DNA of 64,000 nucleotides from Octopus sinensis (GCF_006345805.1 NC_043003.1:46624001-46688000), one strand, 5' to 3'; shown: positions 23,896-38,402, counted from the first letter of the stretch. The notes: generated from the sequence alone by a model not told the origin. Made by a program: numbers and translations.

Positions 23896-25650
23896 GCGGT
23901 TTACATATTTTTGAAAAATTCATCTCATATTGTATTTAAGTTGGAATGGCAATGGATAATATCTATGTTTATTAATTATTTAGTCACAATTCGTAACTTG
24001 CAAATTAGTATTTTGCTTATTGCTTTACACCAATATTTTCATCGTATTACTCTAAGATGTGGTACGGCACCGGACTGCCAGAATTGCTTAGCGATATTTC
24101 TTCCGGCTTTTTATATTCTAAGATCAAATACAGCTGAGGACGGCTTTGCCTTTAATTCTTTCGGAGTGGATAAACTAATTAGAAATTGAGCACATGGGTC
24201 AACTGCTGTCCATGAGCCAAAATTTGAAGCCCTTATTATAATATATGGTAATCTATTTTACTCCCAACGACATACAATCGTTGAAGTATCAAGATAGACA
24301 TTTTATACCTCTGTTAAATACTTTCAATTACCTAAAAGGAGAAATACCACTAATTAATTTATCCGTCGCCCCTAACCATCCTACCAGCTTACCGGCTTAA
24401 TAGCAATAATAATAGTTTCAAATTTTGGCACAAGGTAAGTCGATTACCTTGTGCCAAAGTGCGTAAATCAATTACATCGACCTCTGTAATTGACAGTACT
24501 TTATTTTATTGACCCCGAAAGAATCAAAAAGGCAATGTTGATCTTGGCTGGATTTGAACTCAAAACAAAGAGAGATAAGAAATGTCGTTAAGTATTTTAT
24601 ACTTGACACTCCAAAGATTCCACCAGCTCACCGTGTTTGTGTTATAATAATTTTGTAAGTCGGAAAGCTGGCAAAATTGTTAGCACGTCCAGTGAAATGC
24701 TTACCGGTATTTCTTCTGCCGCTACGTTCTGAGTTCAAATTCCGCTGAGGTCGACTTTGCCTTTCATCCTATCGGGGTCGATTAAATAAGTACAAGTTAC
24801 GCACTGGAGTCGATATAATCGACTTAATCCGTTTGTCTGTCCTTGTTTGTCCTCTCTGTGTTTAGCCCCTTGTGGGTACTAAAGAAATACGTATTCCGTC
24901 TGCCGCTACGTTCTTAGGTCAAATTCCGCTGAGGTCGACTTTGCTTTTTATCCTTTTCGGGGTCGATAAAATGAATACCAGATTACACTGGAGTCGATGT
25001 CATCGACGTAACCCCTTCCCTAATATTGCTACCCTTGTGGAGATTTTGAAAGTAATAATTATAATAATTTCTAATATTCGTTTCAATTTTTTGCGCAAGG
25101 ACAGTGAGTTCGGGATTACATCAATCCCAATGCTCACTTGGTACTTACTGAAAGGCAAAGTTGGCCTCGGCGGAATTTAAGCTCAGCACGTAAGGATGGA
25201 CGAAATGTTACTTAGCAATTTGCCTGACGCCCTAACGATTCTGCCAGCTTGCCGCTGTAAACCGAATGCCGTTCTCGCAAGAGTTAATTTTTAATAATAA
25301 TTTTAAAGTTTGCAACAAAGACTGCAATTCCAAGGGAGAGTGCAAGTTGGTTACATCGACCTCAGTATTCAACTGGTACTCCTTTTATCGACCCCGGAAG
25401 GTAGAAAGGAAAATTCGACCACAGCGGAATCTGAACTCAGAATTTAAAGACGAATAATTCTAATATTGGCATTCCAACAGAATATTTTGAGGTTGGGTAC
25501 TCTCGACATATTTAATCCCAGAATTGCTGAAGCACCGGTACCACCACCAGCAGACAAGACCAACGAATACTTTCGGTAATGTATACTTCGACAGTGAATC
25601 AATGTTACAGTTAATGTTATCAGTTGTGTTTCAGTCGCTGGCTGAGAGTC

Positions 25651-25722
25651 TCCCAAGTGGTCTAGTGGTTAGGATTCCGCGCTCTCACCGCGGCGGCCGG
25701 GGTTCGATTCCCCGCTTGGGAA
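25651..25722 (+). tRNA. trnE-CTC: tRNA-Glu(CTC), copy 13
   Basis: Identical to copy 1. Confidence 0.97.
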
Positions 25723-25874
25723 ATAACTTTATCTTTTAATTTAATTTAATTGACATAATACATTTTATCCGTCACCTCCAACGATTCTACCAGATCACTG
25801 CCTCAGTAATAATTATAAGAAGAGCACTCAGAGAGCGCAAACCTCCACCAAGGTAGCACCAACGTCCTAATCAT

Positions 25875-26597
25875 TTTATTACCCACAAGGGGCCAACACA
25901 GAGGGGCACAATACATTACATATGGGGATACAAAGCAGGTAAAAAAAATAGGACAACGTATGAGAAACATGATATGACAAATGAAAATGAAAAAATGCAA
26001 TGAAGTTACTCGGCGCCACCTCCGAGTAGCTTCATTTATACCTTTCTTTCTTTTTTAAAACCTCGTTCATTCTAGTATACCCATCTTGCACTCCTTTATA
26101 AGCTCTAGATATTCCATACAATCCAACAACCTATCTTTATCAATTTTCACTCTCCAATAAGTGAATCCATTTTAAAACCTTTCTATTTTTGCCTTCTGCT
26201 TCTCTGAAACCAACAAGCATATAAGCACCCCTTTTATATTATCCTCATCCGTTTTAACAAGCACTGTGTCTTTCCACTTCATTGTTTCTCTGATCAGTTC
26301 AGTATTTGAGTCATCTATTATGCACACAAGGCAACTTTTTCCTTTACCCGAGGGAGGGGAAGTTTGGGGGTTCTTGTGCCCGCGTGTTTTCTTTTTTTTT
26401 TCTGTGTCTGAAGCGAGAGGGTAGGTTTGGTGTCTGTGGGGGAGGGTGGGTCTGAGAAGGCGTAGGTGGGTTGGGTACGAGTAGGGGTTCCTTTTCCTTT
26501 TGTTCCTACTTTCCACTGTCTTCCACGTCTCGTCTTTCTTGTTCATTTCTTCTGATGGTAAATCCTCCTCCGCTTTCGCTGGTTCCCTGGATTTCCC
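25875..26597 (-). mobile_element. Duplicated copy of the zinc-knuckle retroelement fragment, knuckle removed by deletion
   Basis: ORF 26172-26606 is paralogous to 12973-13533 and is fused at ~26590-26597 to the mariner right-TIR remnant. Confidence 0.6.
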
Positions 26598-28839
26598 ACG
26601 TGTCATTAGTTTTGTGGGAGAAAATAAAGTCGGATACTTTTTGAACGTACTTCGTCTTACTGTAAAGTGCAGTAAGGAGGTAGAGTGACAGAACTGCTAG
26701 TGCGTCGAAAAACCTTTTTGCAGTATTTCTTCTGGCTCCTCACATTCTGAATTCAAATACCAGCGAGGTTGACATTGCCCTTCATCCTTTCGGGGTCGAT
26801 GAATAATGTCCATTGAGCAGTGCGGTCTATTTACTAGACCTCCCTGTCCCTACAATATTACTGGTCTTGAGCCAAACTTAAAATGAATGATGTAGCATGA
26901 CGGTGAGCTAGCAGAATCGATAGCGCTTTCGGCCAAAATGCTTAACGAAGTTTCTTCCAGCTATGAGTTCAAATCTCGCGGAAATTATGTCGCGGAAATT
27001 ATGTCGGTGATTACTCATTGAAAGATGTTCACACTTTGAAAATACTACACTTTTTGAAGAAACAATAACCATTTGATACGAGTGCTGAAAAACTCCTATT
27101 AGCTGAGATTATCTATGCAATTACTAGCAAAATCTCCCCTAAGGAGAGTTTAAAATATAAAAACAGCAGTCAAGCGAACTCCTATTAGATCAGGCGACCG
27201 AATATGTTTGTTGAAGAAGTCAAATAAGATCAATATATGACCCGTGTTTTCAAAGATTCTACTCAACCGTCTGAGTTAGTCAGGATATCAACAAAGTCAC
27301 CAGATTATTGTTGTTACTGCTGCTGGGGCTAGCGTAGAGTTGCTTTACAAAACGTATGAAATATTGAATGTTTGGCGTGGGTTCAGTCCCACAGCACGGC
27401 AGCTCGGACAACTGCCTTCTAATATTGCCCCAGATCGACCAATATCATGTGAATTAATTTGGTTGACGGAAATTATTGGAAGAACGTGTTTATCATTTTT
27501 GCAGTCTCTTCCAAGACGTTTGCGTTTCTTCTCACACTAAAGTATAATGAGTTTTAACAGGTTACTCTTGTAAAAGGATTTTTTTCCGGGGACGACAACT
27601 GCAGCCTCAACAATATGCATAAGTGTTAAATAAAGATAAAGATTTTAATCAATTTAATCAAGAGCAGCTTCTGCTGCATAATTTGAATGTGTGTGGGTGG
27701 GTGAGTGTATGTGTGTGAGCGCGTATGTGTGTGTGTGTGTGTGGTGTGTGTGTGTGTGTAGATATGTGTATGCATGTTTTGTAGGTGGTTGGATGGAATT
27801 GTCAAAGACGCTTCAATTTTTCTAAAAGTCAATAAAATAGAAAATAAGAAAATAAGGATAAAAACACACGTGACAATACATGACGAACAAAATGAATAAT
27901 GATAATAATTACGTAATATAAATAGAATGTCAAATGCGTTGGTGCGTGACTTTTGGCCTACCTTGCGCGCGCGCGCGCGTGTGTGTGTGACTGTGTTATC
28001 TTTGTGTTTGACCCAGTGCCACTTCACAACTTGGGTTGTTTCTGTATGACCCTGTAACATAAGCAGTTGGGTAATAGAGACCGATAGATTAAGAAATACC
28101 AGAGTTTAAGAAATAGCTCCTGGATTTGATTTGCTCGGCTAAACCCTTCAAGGCGGTACCCCCCAGCAAGGCCGAAGCATAATGACAGAAAGAACTAAAT
28201 AAGTAAAAGAATATCGTCCATGGGTTATAGTGTGAGGCCCAGTCGTATGTCTATTTATTTGAAAGAACATTCTCTGAAGTATTTCCCCTTGCCCATATTG
28301 TTATCTTCATGATTTGTCCGATGTAAATGTTCAAAACAATATAGAATTTGTAGGTGTTTTTTTCTGGAAGAATATATTAAGATTGGCGAGAAACAATATT
28401 GTAGTTATTATAACTAGATACAGAAAGAGCAATTCAGTCAGCAAGTTTTAAAACTGTTGGGGCCATTTTAATAATCCTTTCTACCAAAGGCACAAGGTCT
28501 GAAATTAACTGGTACTTAATTTATCGACCCCTAAAGGATGAAAGACAAGGTCGACCTCGGCGGAATTTGAACTCAGAACGTAGTGACGGCCGAAATGCCG
28601 CTTAGCATTTTACCCGGCGTACTAACAACGTCTCTGTCAGCTTGCTGCCTTGAACCATTTTAATAATAAAAGACAAAACACAGGGAGAATAGTGCTGGCT
28701 ATAAAGCTACAGTTTTAATATATATAATAGTTATGAAGTTATGAGACGATCTTAATGAATTCAGTAGAGTTGTAACAGTCAGTGTAAATTATTTTCTTCG
28801 TAATTAGTTATAATCCAGCTGGAAGAACTTGTTAATCTA

Positions 28840-28876
28840 TTCTAAGTGGTCTAGAGGCTAGGATTCCGCACTTTCT
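28840..28876 (+). pseudogene. 5'-half tRNA-Glu fragment
   Basis: TTCTAAGTGGTCTAGAGGCTAGGATTCCGCACTTTCT aligns to nt 1-37 of the tRNA, then similarity stops. Confidence 0.7.
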
Positions 28877-29188
28877 ATTTTTAATTTTGGATTGCCTTGA
28901 ATACGTTGTGTTTCCATGTATTCTCGATTTATTAATTTGATTATTTTCTGTACCTAAATATCTTGGCACAACAGAGACGATCGTCGGCTTTGTAGGGTGA
29001 ATTCAACAATTAAAGATGTGATTTCTTTTCTCTCCGCAATTTTGTTGTCTAATACTCCGAATTTCTCAAATTATGTTTGGATCTACTTGTTATACACAAA
29101 GAATTACCTTCGGTGTTTATTCTACTTGCATTTATTGGTGTCTGATTGTTTGATATTCGCTAAAACCAAATTCGTTTAAAATTGAGTG

Positions 29189-29232
<44 letters not shown>

Positions 29233-29477
29233 GAATGTTTAATGCCTTTTCTTTCTTCTTATTTTATATGTGTGTATAGATATGCATAATTGTTAGTGTG
29301 GGACACTTAAAATCTACCCTAAAAACAAAAGCGTCGATGATGTGATGTCGGTCGGATGATTCATCGAAATTTCTATCTTTTAATTGGTTTTATTTTACAT
29401 ACGATGGGTCTGTTAGCTACGCGTGATCCGGCGTTTTCGAAACAATAGTGGCATCGATGAAGAGTAATGATAGCTAT

Positions 29478-29508
<31 letters not shown>

Positions 29509-31309
29509 TATTATTTATTTATATGCATTATTATATAATGTGGAAGGAGAACAATGTTTATGACCCTTTGCAAAGCCTCCAAGAATGGTGAGAGAGAAGG
29601 CGTAAAATATTCTCAAATTGCCCGAACGCTTACAACAGAATGGACTTCACTATTATCATATAATCACGAAGGAAGGCAGTGTCTATAACCTTTTACAGAG
29701 TCTCCGAGACTAATGAAAAAGAAGGTTAAACGTATTCTCAAGCTGCACACATGCCTCGAATATTTGCAACAGTGTGGCCCCACTAGAGACACCTAAGGGT
29801 CCAGCTGCTGGTGTTGAAATTGGCGACGGATTATATCTGCTTTCGAAGATCACAGTAAATAATATGTATAAGTATTATCTGATGGTGGTAGTGGTGTTGA
29901 CGGTAGTTATTGCATTTAAATTGGTATCTTGTTTACTTCCATAGATCGTTCTATTTTGATAAGGTTATATAAAGCAGTATAATTATCTAAGACTATGTAA
30001 TGAATCTATGTCGAAAAGATATTTTGACTCTTTAAATGCAGTATTAAACAAAAAGAGGGCAAGTCGGCTCCATTGACCTCCAGTGCTCGACTGGTACTTA
30101 TTTCATCGACCCCGAAAGGATGAAAGGCAAAGTTGACTTTCCGCGGAACTTGAACTTAGAACATGAAAAAGAAATGGTACTAAGCATTCTGTCCGACATG
30201 GTAACGATCTTGCCAGCTCACCGCCTTTATAATTATGTTACTTCTATTATAAGCACAAGACCAGCAATTTTGGATGAAGGGACTAGTTGATTACATCAAT
30301 CCCCCGTGTTCAACTACAACTTATTTTATCGACCCCCGAAAGGAGGAAAGGTAAAGTTGACCTTGGCGAAATTTAAACTCAGGATTGAAAGAGTTGGAAG
30401 AAATGCCCCTAAGCATTTTGTCCAACGCGGAAGCGATTCTGCCAATAAATCGTATCGCTGAACTGTCAAGACAACCATTTAAAATGCGTTTTAAACGTTT
30501 ACTTTTCAACGATGTAAATTTTTTTGTCTGTATTTTAGATTTAGCCTGATAAAATACCATATCACAAGATAACGATGAATTCTAGGTTGTACCAAGAAAA
30601 GCTAAATTACCCTTAGAGTTTCATCAAAGTGTTTTAAGGTTTTGTTAGCCCTCGTATCAACGCTCGACTTTAACATTGTGAATCTCGGCTGAATTTCATT
30701 TGCTTCTTCATAAAATATCAAAATCAGAGAATTTCTTTCATCAGCTTTTCAATTAAGATAAACCTTTCTTTAGTTCCAAAACATTTTGGCTTTCTAATCT
30801 TGTTTAAATTATCTCACTTGCATATTTACTTAGATTATAAAAAGTCCATGGATGGATAATATCCGTTAATTGAAATTTATCCATTGAATGTCATATATAT
30901 GCAATACGCTACTGCAATTGTATTTAAGCATGCAGAACACATCCTGTTGTTTTATTTTTACAGCCAACGTCACTTCATTCCTTCTATTCCTATATAAAAT
31001 AATCACTATTATTATCCTCGCCATTCTGAGTTCAAATTCTGCCGAGGTCGACTTTGCCTTTCATCCTTTTGAGGCCGATAAAATAAGTACGCTGGAGTTG
31101 ATATAATCGACTAGCCCTCTTCCCCAAACCTCAGGCTTTGTGCCTATAGCAGAAAGAACTATAATTATTCTTGCCAACTGAGTACATTATGTTTCGCTGA
31201 AGAAGTCTAATGAGATAGATACACGTCCGGTAACTTCAGAATTTCTGTAACACTGTCCGAGTTATTCAGCTTTTGCGGGATTATAATATAAAAGACCTGA
31301 CTAGAGTGT

Positions 31310-31468
<159 letters not shown>

Positions 31469-31585
31469 TAGCTGAGCCATCACACTCAATACTCAATATA
31501 AAAGTATATTCTAATAAATGCTAACACAGTGAATCAAAGTTGCAGATCTTGTTATCAGTTATGTTTCAGAGCTGTCAAGCAACTG

Positions 31586-31657
31586 TCCCAAGTGGTCTAG
31601 TGGTTAGGATTCCGCGCTCTCACCGCGGCGGCCGGGGTTCGATTCCCCGCTTGGGAA
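31586..31657 (+). tRNA. trnE-CTC: tRNA-Glu(CTC), copy 14 (outside the 10-kb duplication)
   Basis: Identical to copy 1; followed by a T9 run. Confidence 0.97.
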
Positions 31658-33255
31658 ATAATATAATTGTTTTTTTTTCTTGTTGCTTCAAATAACACTT
31701 AACCTGGCATGATAATTGATAATTTATATAATTATTATTCATTTGCGTGTAATTGATATTTTGATTACAGCTTTGCACTGTTGCGTATTATATCAGCAGC
31801 ATCTTCTTTCCAGATCAAATGGAATATTCAAAATTTTCACTATCAACTATATTAAATGATACATTATCTGAAAATTGATTGCAACTCTGATAGTAGTCCA
31901 GCGAGTACACTTCGGCCCCCTTGTTGCAGCAACAGCGTTTAGTTCCTCGCTTCAAAACAATTGAATATTGACAAATTCAGCAACCAAATGCTCCACAATG
32001 AGAAAGCTTTTACTTGTTTGGTTGATCTACTAAAAATGGCAAACAAATCTCCATCAAATTGCAACCGAGTATTCTTAATTGACGTAAGAACAATTTGCGT
32101 AAATTGGTCCGTAAAAACGATGTATCTGAAAGTATGTTGGGATAACACCATATACAAAGGACGGCCTTGCTGAACGTTAGGCTAAGTCTAAATGTGGGTT
32201 ATCAGATAAATTCATTCGCTTTTTACCAAATCCGTCAATAATATATTCTTCATTGTTCACATCTTGCCAACGTTCCACCAGCTTGTCTGTGCCTACACGA
32301 TAGTAATCTTGACTCGCTGACTGTAGGAGAATTTCCGAAAAAGGTGAAATCTGAAGGTGCCATATCGAAAATACAGTAGGTGCGGTGTAATATATTGACA
32401 GAAGATAACAAAAATAGTTATTAACCAGGTTGATGAAAGAACCCTAGGCACAGAGAGAGGAATATTAGCATTTGAAACAGACGAAATTTTCTTGCAGAAA
32501 TGGTAATGATAAAAGCAAGCAGCCAAATTCCACTCACTACAAATTGATAGACTCTACATGGGCGATTGACCTACGAAAAGGTAGTTAGCCAAACTGTTTT
32601 TTTCTTCTTTTTTTTTTTTAAATTATACCCTATCTACCGTCTTACATGATGAAGAACGAATCATATAATTCTCAATACAATGTGTTTGAAAATAAGATGA
32701 GGTGATAACTGCAGAAAGGAATACTCCATGAAGGTTGATCAATATGATCTCTGCAACTGTTGTTGGATGGAAAATATAGAATCAAAATTGTAGAAAATAA
32801 TTATCACTTTCCAGCCAAGAATCGATCTCAGACACAGCGGAATCATACCACTATACTACTGAGAAGACACTAAATTTGGAAGCATTAACACTAAGAAAAT
32901 GGTGGAGTTTACTGCATTGCTGTATCATCAAACAGGTCGCTCGACCTGCTAAGAGCAACAGCCAAATCTCACCTCAAATTACACTTTATCTTCTGAAAAA
33001 TGGGAATACTAAAATGTGCAGTCAAGACGCCCTCAAAACACGCATTGCCGTTTGAAGAAACAAAATTAGATAAAATACTCCTAGATTCAGTGTTTGAAAA
33101 TATGAAGGGTTGGCCACAAACGGAACAACTTTGATTATAGGTCTGTTTTAAGTAGGGATTATCTAGAGTGATCTAAACAACAAAGGCACCTCATGAGGTT
33201 TTTGAGATAATACGAAAAACAAAAGAAAAAAAGCATTGAGAAAAATGACAACAAT

Positions 33256-33327
33256 TTCCCAAGCGGGAAATCGAATCACGTCCGACACAGCGAGGGCGGA
33301 GGCACCTAACCACAAGATCACATAGGA
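33256..33327 (-). pseudogene. Decayed full-length tRNA-Glu pseudogene, inverted orientation
   Basis: 72-nt ungapped alignment to the reverse complement of the tRNA. The 3' acceptor strand and CTC triplet are retained; the anticodon and T stems are broken. Confidence 0.8.
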
Positions 33328-33662
33328 TGGCATACTGTACTACCAAAATAAATAATGACTAGCAAAAACAGTAATACGTAAATACAATGTGTCAGGAATT
33401 AATATTGGGTGGTTATTGAAGGATACACTCTGAACATATTTCTGATCGATCAGGTTTGACACGGAGCAAAACAAAATACACATAAAAACATTTCAAAACA
33501 ACAGCAACAAAAAATACTTTAGAAGGTGATTTAATTGACCATTTCTTCGTCATGACCGTATACATAAATACTCACACGTGTGTGCACGCGCGCACGTGTG
33601 TGTGTACATACATAGATGCGTACATACTTACATATGTATATATACATATATATATACATATA

Positions 33663-36333
33663 TAAATCCTTAAATCCTTAAAAATGTTTTAGCCCGAAGG
33701 CCGCGGCCATGCTGGGGCACCACCGCTGAATGAGCCACACTAGTTTGTGAATCCACCTCTGATACGTGGCACTTGATCAACAAGGGAGTTCGATGCTGCT
33801 GCCCGCATCCGCGTCTCCTGTCGTGAGGTAGGTTCATCTGGGACTTCCAACAAGAAGAGATCCAGTTTAGTTTTAAAGAAACCCACATCCACACCATGTA
33901 AGTCTCTCAGGCATTTAGGGAGGATGTTGAAAAGCTGTGGTCCTCTGAAACCCAAGCTGTTGCAGTATCTGGACCTGTATTTTGATGGTGATGTTGGAAT
34001 CCTTGGCACCACGCAGCGGCGCCCCGTTCTGCGGTTGGAGTAACTTTGAATGCCAAAGTTTGGATAAGACCCTCCAGGATTTTCCAGATGTATATTACTG
34101 CATATCTCTCCCGCCTCCGCTCCAGGGAGAAGAGGTTTAATACCTTCAGTCTTTCCCAGTAGCTGACATTTTGCATTGAGACGATTTTCTTTGTGTAGCT
34201 TCTCTGAGTTGCTTCGAGTTCTGCTGTTTGTTTTATATTGTGTGGTGACCAAAGTTGGAGCAGTAGTCCAAGCGGCTGAGGACAAATGTTTTCCATAGGA
34301 CCATCAGTGTCTCCTTCTCTCTTGTTCTGAAAGTTCGGAGAATCCATCCAGCTAGCCGTCTGCATTTTATCACCAGATTAGCAATATGCATTTGGAAAGA
34401 TGCATCATTGCTCATGTCAATGCCCAGGTCACGCACTGATTTTGACTCAGGGATTGCAATTCTTCCTGGGCCAGTGTATCCAGTCTTCACGTCATTACCT
34501 TTGTGTGCCAGTAGCGCAGGGCCTGGAACTTACCTGCATTAAACTGCATGTTGTTGTCCTCAGCCCACCTGTATATTGTGTCCAGCTCATGTTGCAGATG
34601 CGCAATATTTTCAGGGTTCTGTATTGCGTGGGAGACCTTTGTGTCATCTGCATAGCTAGCAAGGGTGGTCATCGTAGCAACTGAAGGCATGTCTGAAAGG
34701 GCCACTATGAACATCAGTGGCCCCAAGACAGTGCCCTGTGGGACACCGCTTGTTATTTGCGTTCCCTGGAGGTGGCTCCATTGCTCACAACTGCCTGTTT
34801 TCTGTCTTTTAGGAAGTTGTGCAGCCACTCTCCAAGTTTCCCGCCTATGCCGAGACCACGCAGTTTATGACAGATCATACCATGGTCGACTTTATCAAAG
34901 GCTTTTGCAAAGTCAAGATATATTACATCCACATTTGAGCCATTTAGTAGCTGTTTCAACACCCAGTCATAGTGCTGCAGGAGCTGTGTTAGGCAGCCTC
35001 TACCTGGTCGAAATCCATGCTGGGTGTCAGACAGTAAGTCATTTTCTTCAAGGAACATGATTAGTTTCTTACGGACTATTCGTTCCATGACTTTGCTGAT
35101 GTGTGAGGTCAGAGAGATAGGCCTATAATTTTTAGCATCTGCTCTGCTACCTCCCTTATGGATAGGGCATATTACCCCCTCTTTCAGTTTGACTGGGAGC
35201 TTACCACTTGCAAGAAAGCTCTGAAAAAGAAGCTGTAGCGGTTTTGCAAGGGCTCGTTTGCACGATTTGAGAAGGATCGCTGGGAATCCATCAGGTCCAG
35301 CAGCTGAGTTTGTGTCAATCTCATCAATGGCTAGTGTGATATCATCTTCTTCGATGTTGATGTACTCAATTTTTGTCTCTTTGGCCGCTGGTAAAGTGGC
35401 AAAGAATTCTTCTGGGTTGTTTACTTGCCTGTGTCCTAGAGGTGTAGTGAACACACTTTGGAACTGTTCGTTCAGTATTTCACTTATCCTCGTGGGATTT
35501 CCTGTGAGAGAGCCATCTTTTTGGAAGAGAGGTCCTATTCTCTGGTGCACTGTGGCTGTCTCTTTGGCAAACTTAAAGAAAGCTTTAGGGTTTGATTTTA
35601 TATTTTCTATTACCCAAGCTTCTTTATCTGCTCTCTCCTTTTCATGGGACTGATGTAGACTTTTCTCAGTTTCCATTAGCATTCTTTCGAGCCGAGACTT
35701 CTCACCACTTTTGGTGTGCTTGCTCAGGCGGTTTGCAATCCTTGTCCGTCGTCTCATAAGAATCCTCCTTTCTCTAGGGATCCTGTTTTTATTCTTGTGT
35801 GTGCTGGCCCTGCACATTGGGACATATTTGTCACATATGGCTTGTATTATGGACATGAAGTGTTTGTGTTTCATGTTTATGTCCGGTGTGGAGAGACATT
35901 CAGGCCAATCCTGTTTGAGGATCTCTTTCTCAATCGACTTCCAGTTGGCTTTATGAAAGTTTAAGTTGGAGAGATGGTGGGTGCTTCGTATAGGCTGTGT
36001 GTCTGCGGGGGCTTTTGTTCCATACATAGACAGCTCTATTATGTTGTGATCCGAGATCATTGTCGGCATCACATTAACATTATGGATAATATCCATATTG
36101 TTTGTAAAGCAGAGATCCAGTATATTATCTGCCCTTGTTGGTTGCAGAACTATTTGCTCCATGAAAGAGGTATTTGTGAGATGGAGCAGGGACTCCACCT
36201 GTGCCTGCTGATGGTGTGTCATCCCTGGGAGCATCTGCCCCCCAGGCCATTCCACATTGGGGAGGTTAAAGTCACCCATGAAGAATACACTGTTGTGCTG
36301 TTCAAGGTTGGTGAGGACTTCTCCTATTTTTGT
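33663..36333 (-). mobile_element. CR1-clade LINE, 5'-truncated: C-terminal APE endonuclease, complete RT, 3' UTR and (TTAAGGAT)n tail
   Basis: Motifs MGDFNLP, NILDLCFTN, SDH, GPDG, NYRPISLTSHISKVMERIV, QHGFRPGR, YLDFAKAFDKVDH, SGVPQGTVLGP, YADD, RLDYCS..WSP, SLERRRER and FKTKLDLFL; four -1 frameshifts; both ends abut (TA)-rich microsatellite. Confidence 0.95.
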
Positions 36334-36458
<125 letters not shown>

Positions 36459-36824
36459 CTTAATTATAATTAGGGATCAGCAAAATTTTGCTGAACGCTA
36501 ATTATAATTATGCCCATAATTATAAAATTTTTGTATAAGTTTACCGATACTGGGTCTTTTAACATACCGAACTACTTGGTAAAATTATTAATTATTAATT
36601 GATTAATTAATTTTACCCTTTATTATGTATATATATATATATATATTACGCCTAATTGTGGTGTCCTGTACTCACGTACATATATTTATATATGCATGTA
36701 TATATACATGTAGATGTAGGTACGTACATATATGTATGTATGCATATATTTTATTTTTTACACTATTGTATGACTGAGCGCCCTCGCGTCGATTCGATTC
36801 GTTTCGTTTCTCTTTCTCCAAGTA

Positions 36825-36894
<70 letters not shown>

Positions 36895-38227
36895 CTTATA
36901 AGTTAACGATATAATCATAAAAATGATAGCGTATAAAAATTATCTTATCGGTAAAACTAATTTTTAAGTATATAATTATAAAAACATATAATTATAATTA
37001 CATTTTTATAATTATATACTTTTATATATATATATATATATATATATGGTGGGGTGAGTGTGTTCGTATGTATGTAACTCCCTGCGTCTGTCTTCACCGA
37101 GACACTCTCCAAAACTGTGCTTTTTTATGTTGCAGAACATAGTAATTCAACAAATGGGGTTCAAAATAATAAGAACCTTGCTATAAAATAAGTACTGGTA
37201 TGTGAACGACTAATCACTTTCAGGCGGTATTCTAGCATGGCCGCAATCCAATGATTGAGACAAATAAAAAGAAGAAAAATAAGCAAAAATATGAAAGTCA
37301 CGTGTGAGAGATAACCGTAGAGGAACAGCTGTTTAAGTGCCAAAACATCGCAGAAGATAGACAAGGCGGGCTGACAGACTGTCTGAACGACCAATGAGAC
37401 ACTAAAGACGGACAGATTGAGAGCCCAATTTGTAATTAATACCTCTCAATTTCTTTTGCTTGACTTTGATTAAAAGATAGTCGAGTTTGAGGAAATTAGC
37501 GTTTAGTGGAACAGGGATAGGACACAGTCAGAGTGATACTGGAGCTGGTGGTGGTGGCGCTGGTGGTTGTGGCGGCGAGTTGTGGTGATGGTGGTGTTGC
37601 GGGGTGATAAGATATATTGGACAGTGAAGAGAGGAGTGAAGTGTTGGTGGGGAGAAGGAGGAGTTGTCGGACTATATCTTAATATCGTCGAACATAGAAA
37701 TAGCTTTACTCAAAATGAGTAAGTCTGTCAGTATTAACTATCCACCCGTGCCCCACGTACACACATGCACACACATACACATACACACACAAAACACACA
37801 CACACAAATACACACACTCACACATACACACGCATGCATATGCTCATATGCATGCGTGAGAGTATACGTGTGTGTGCGTGTGTGCATATGTACGTATATA
37901 TATACATATATATGTACATACACACATATATACATATACATGTATATTTATTCATATGTGTGCGTGTCTGTGTGTGCGTATGTATGTGTGGGTGCATGTG
38001 TGTATATATACATACATATATATACATATATAAAATATAACAAGATTCAGTTGAATGAGGTACTTAAAGGTGAGACACCTGGTTAAGTCGGAATAAAGGT
38101 CCTTGATTATAAAAGTCAGGTATTCATCTGAAGAAAACGGTTTTTTGCTATGATATAACGTATTCATTGATTTATTAAAAATTCGTTTAAAACGCCTGAC
38201 ACTGGACATCTGTCCATCAGTTGTTAC

Positions 38228-38354
<127 letters not shown>

Positions 38355-38402
38355 TATACAACATACATGCACACACACACATATATATATACACATATAT
38401 AT

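Larger units (their letters stand above)
16509..28199 (+). repeat. Segmental tandem duplication, unit B (~11.7 kb, eight tRNA genes; internally re-amplified, ~1.3-kb deletion)
   Basis: Colinear with unit A, with extra spacer repeats at 19.1-25.7 kb and loss of the segment equivalent to ~13430-14760. Confidence 0.9.

Noticed and set aside
31939-32526. Several 70-77 aa ORFs in unique sequence between tRNA copies
   Set aside because: Open on opposite strands with stops in adjacent segments; no recognisable family or splice pattern.
38120-38165. CTGAAGA as a possible hammerhead core (also 47352, 47415, 53587, 54326, 55317)
   Set aside because: No properly placed GAAA, NUH triplet or stem I pairing.
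37952-38209. Protein-like minus-strand ORF (MSSVRRFKRIFNKS...)
   Set aside because: Short, runs into microsatellite, has a weak acceptor context and no recognisable motif.
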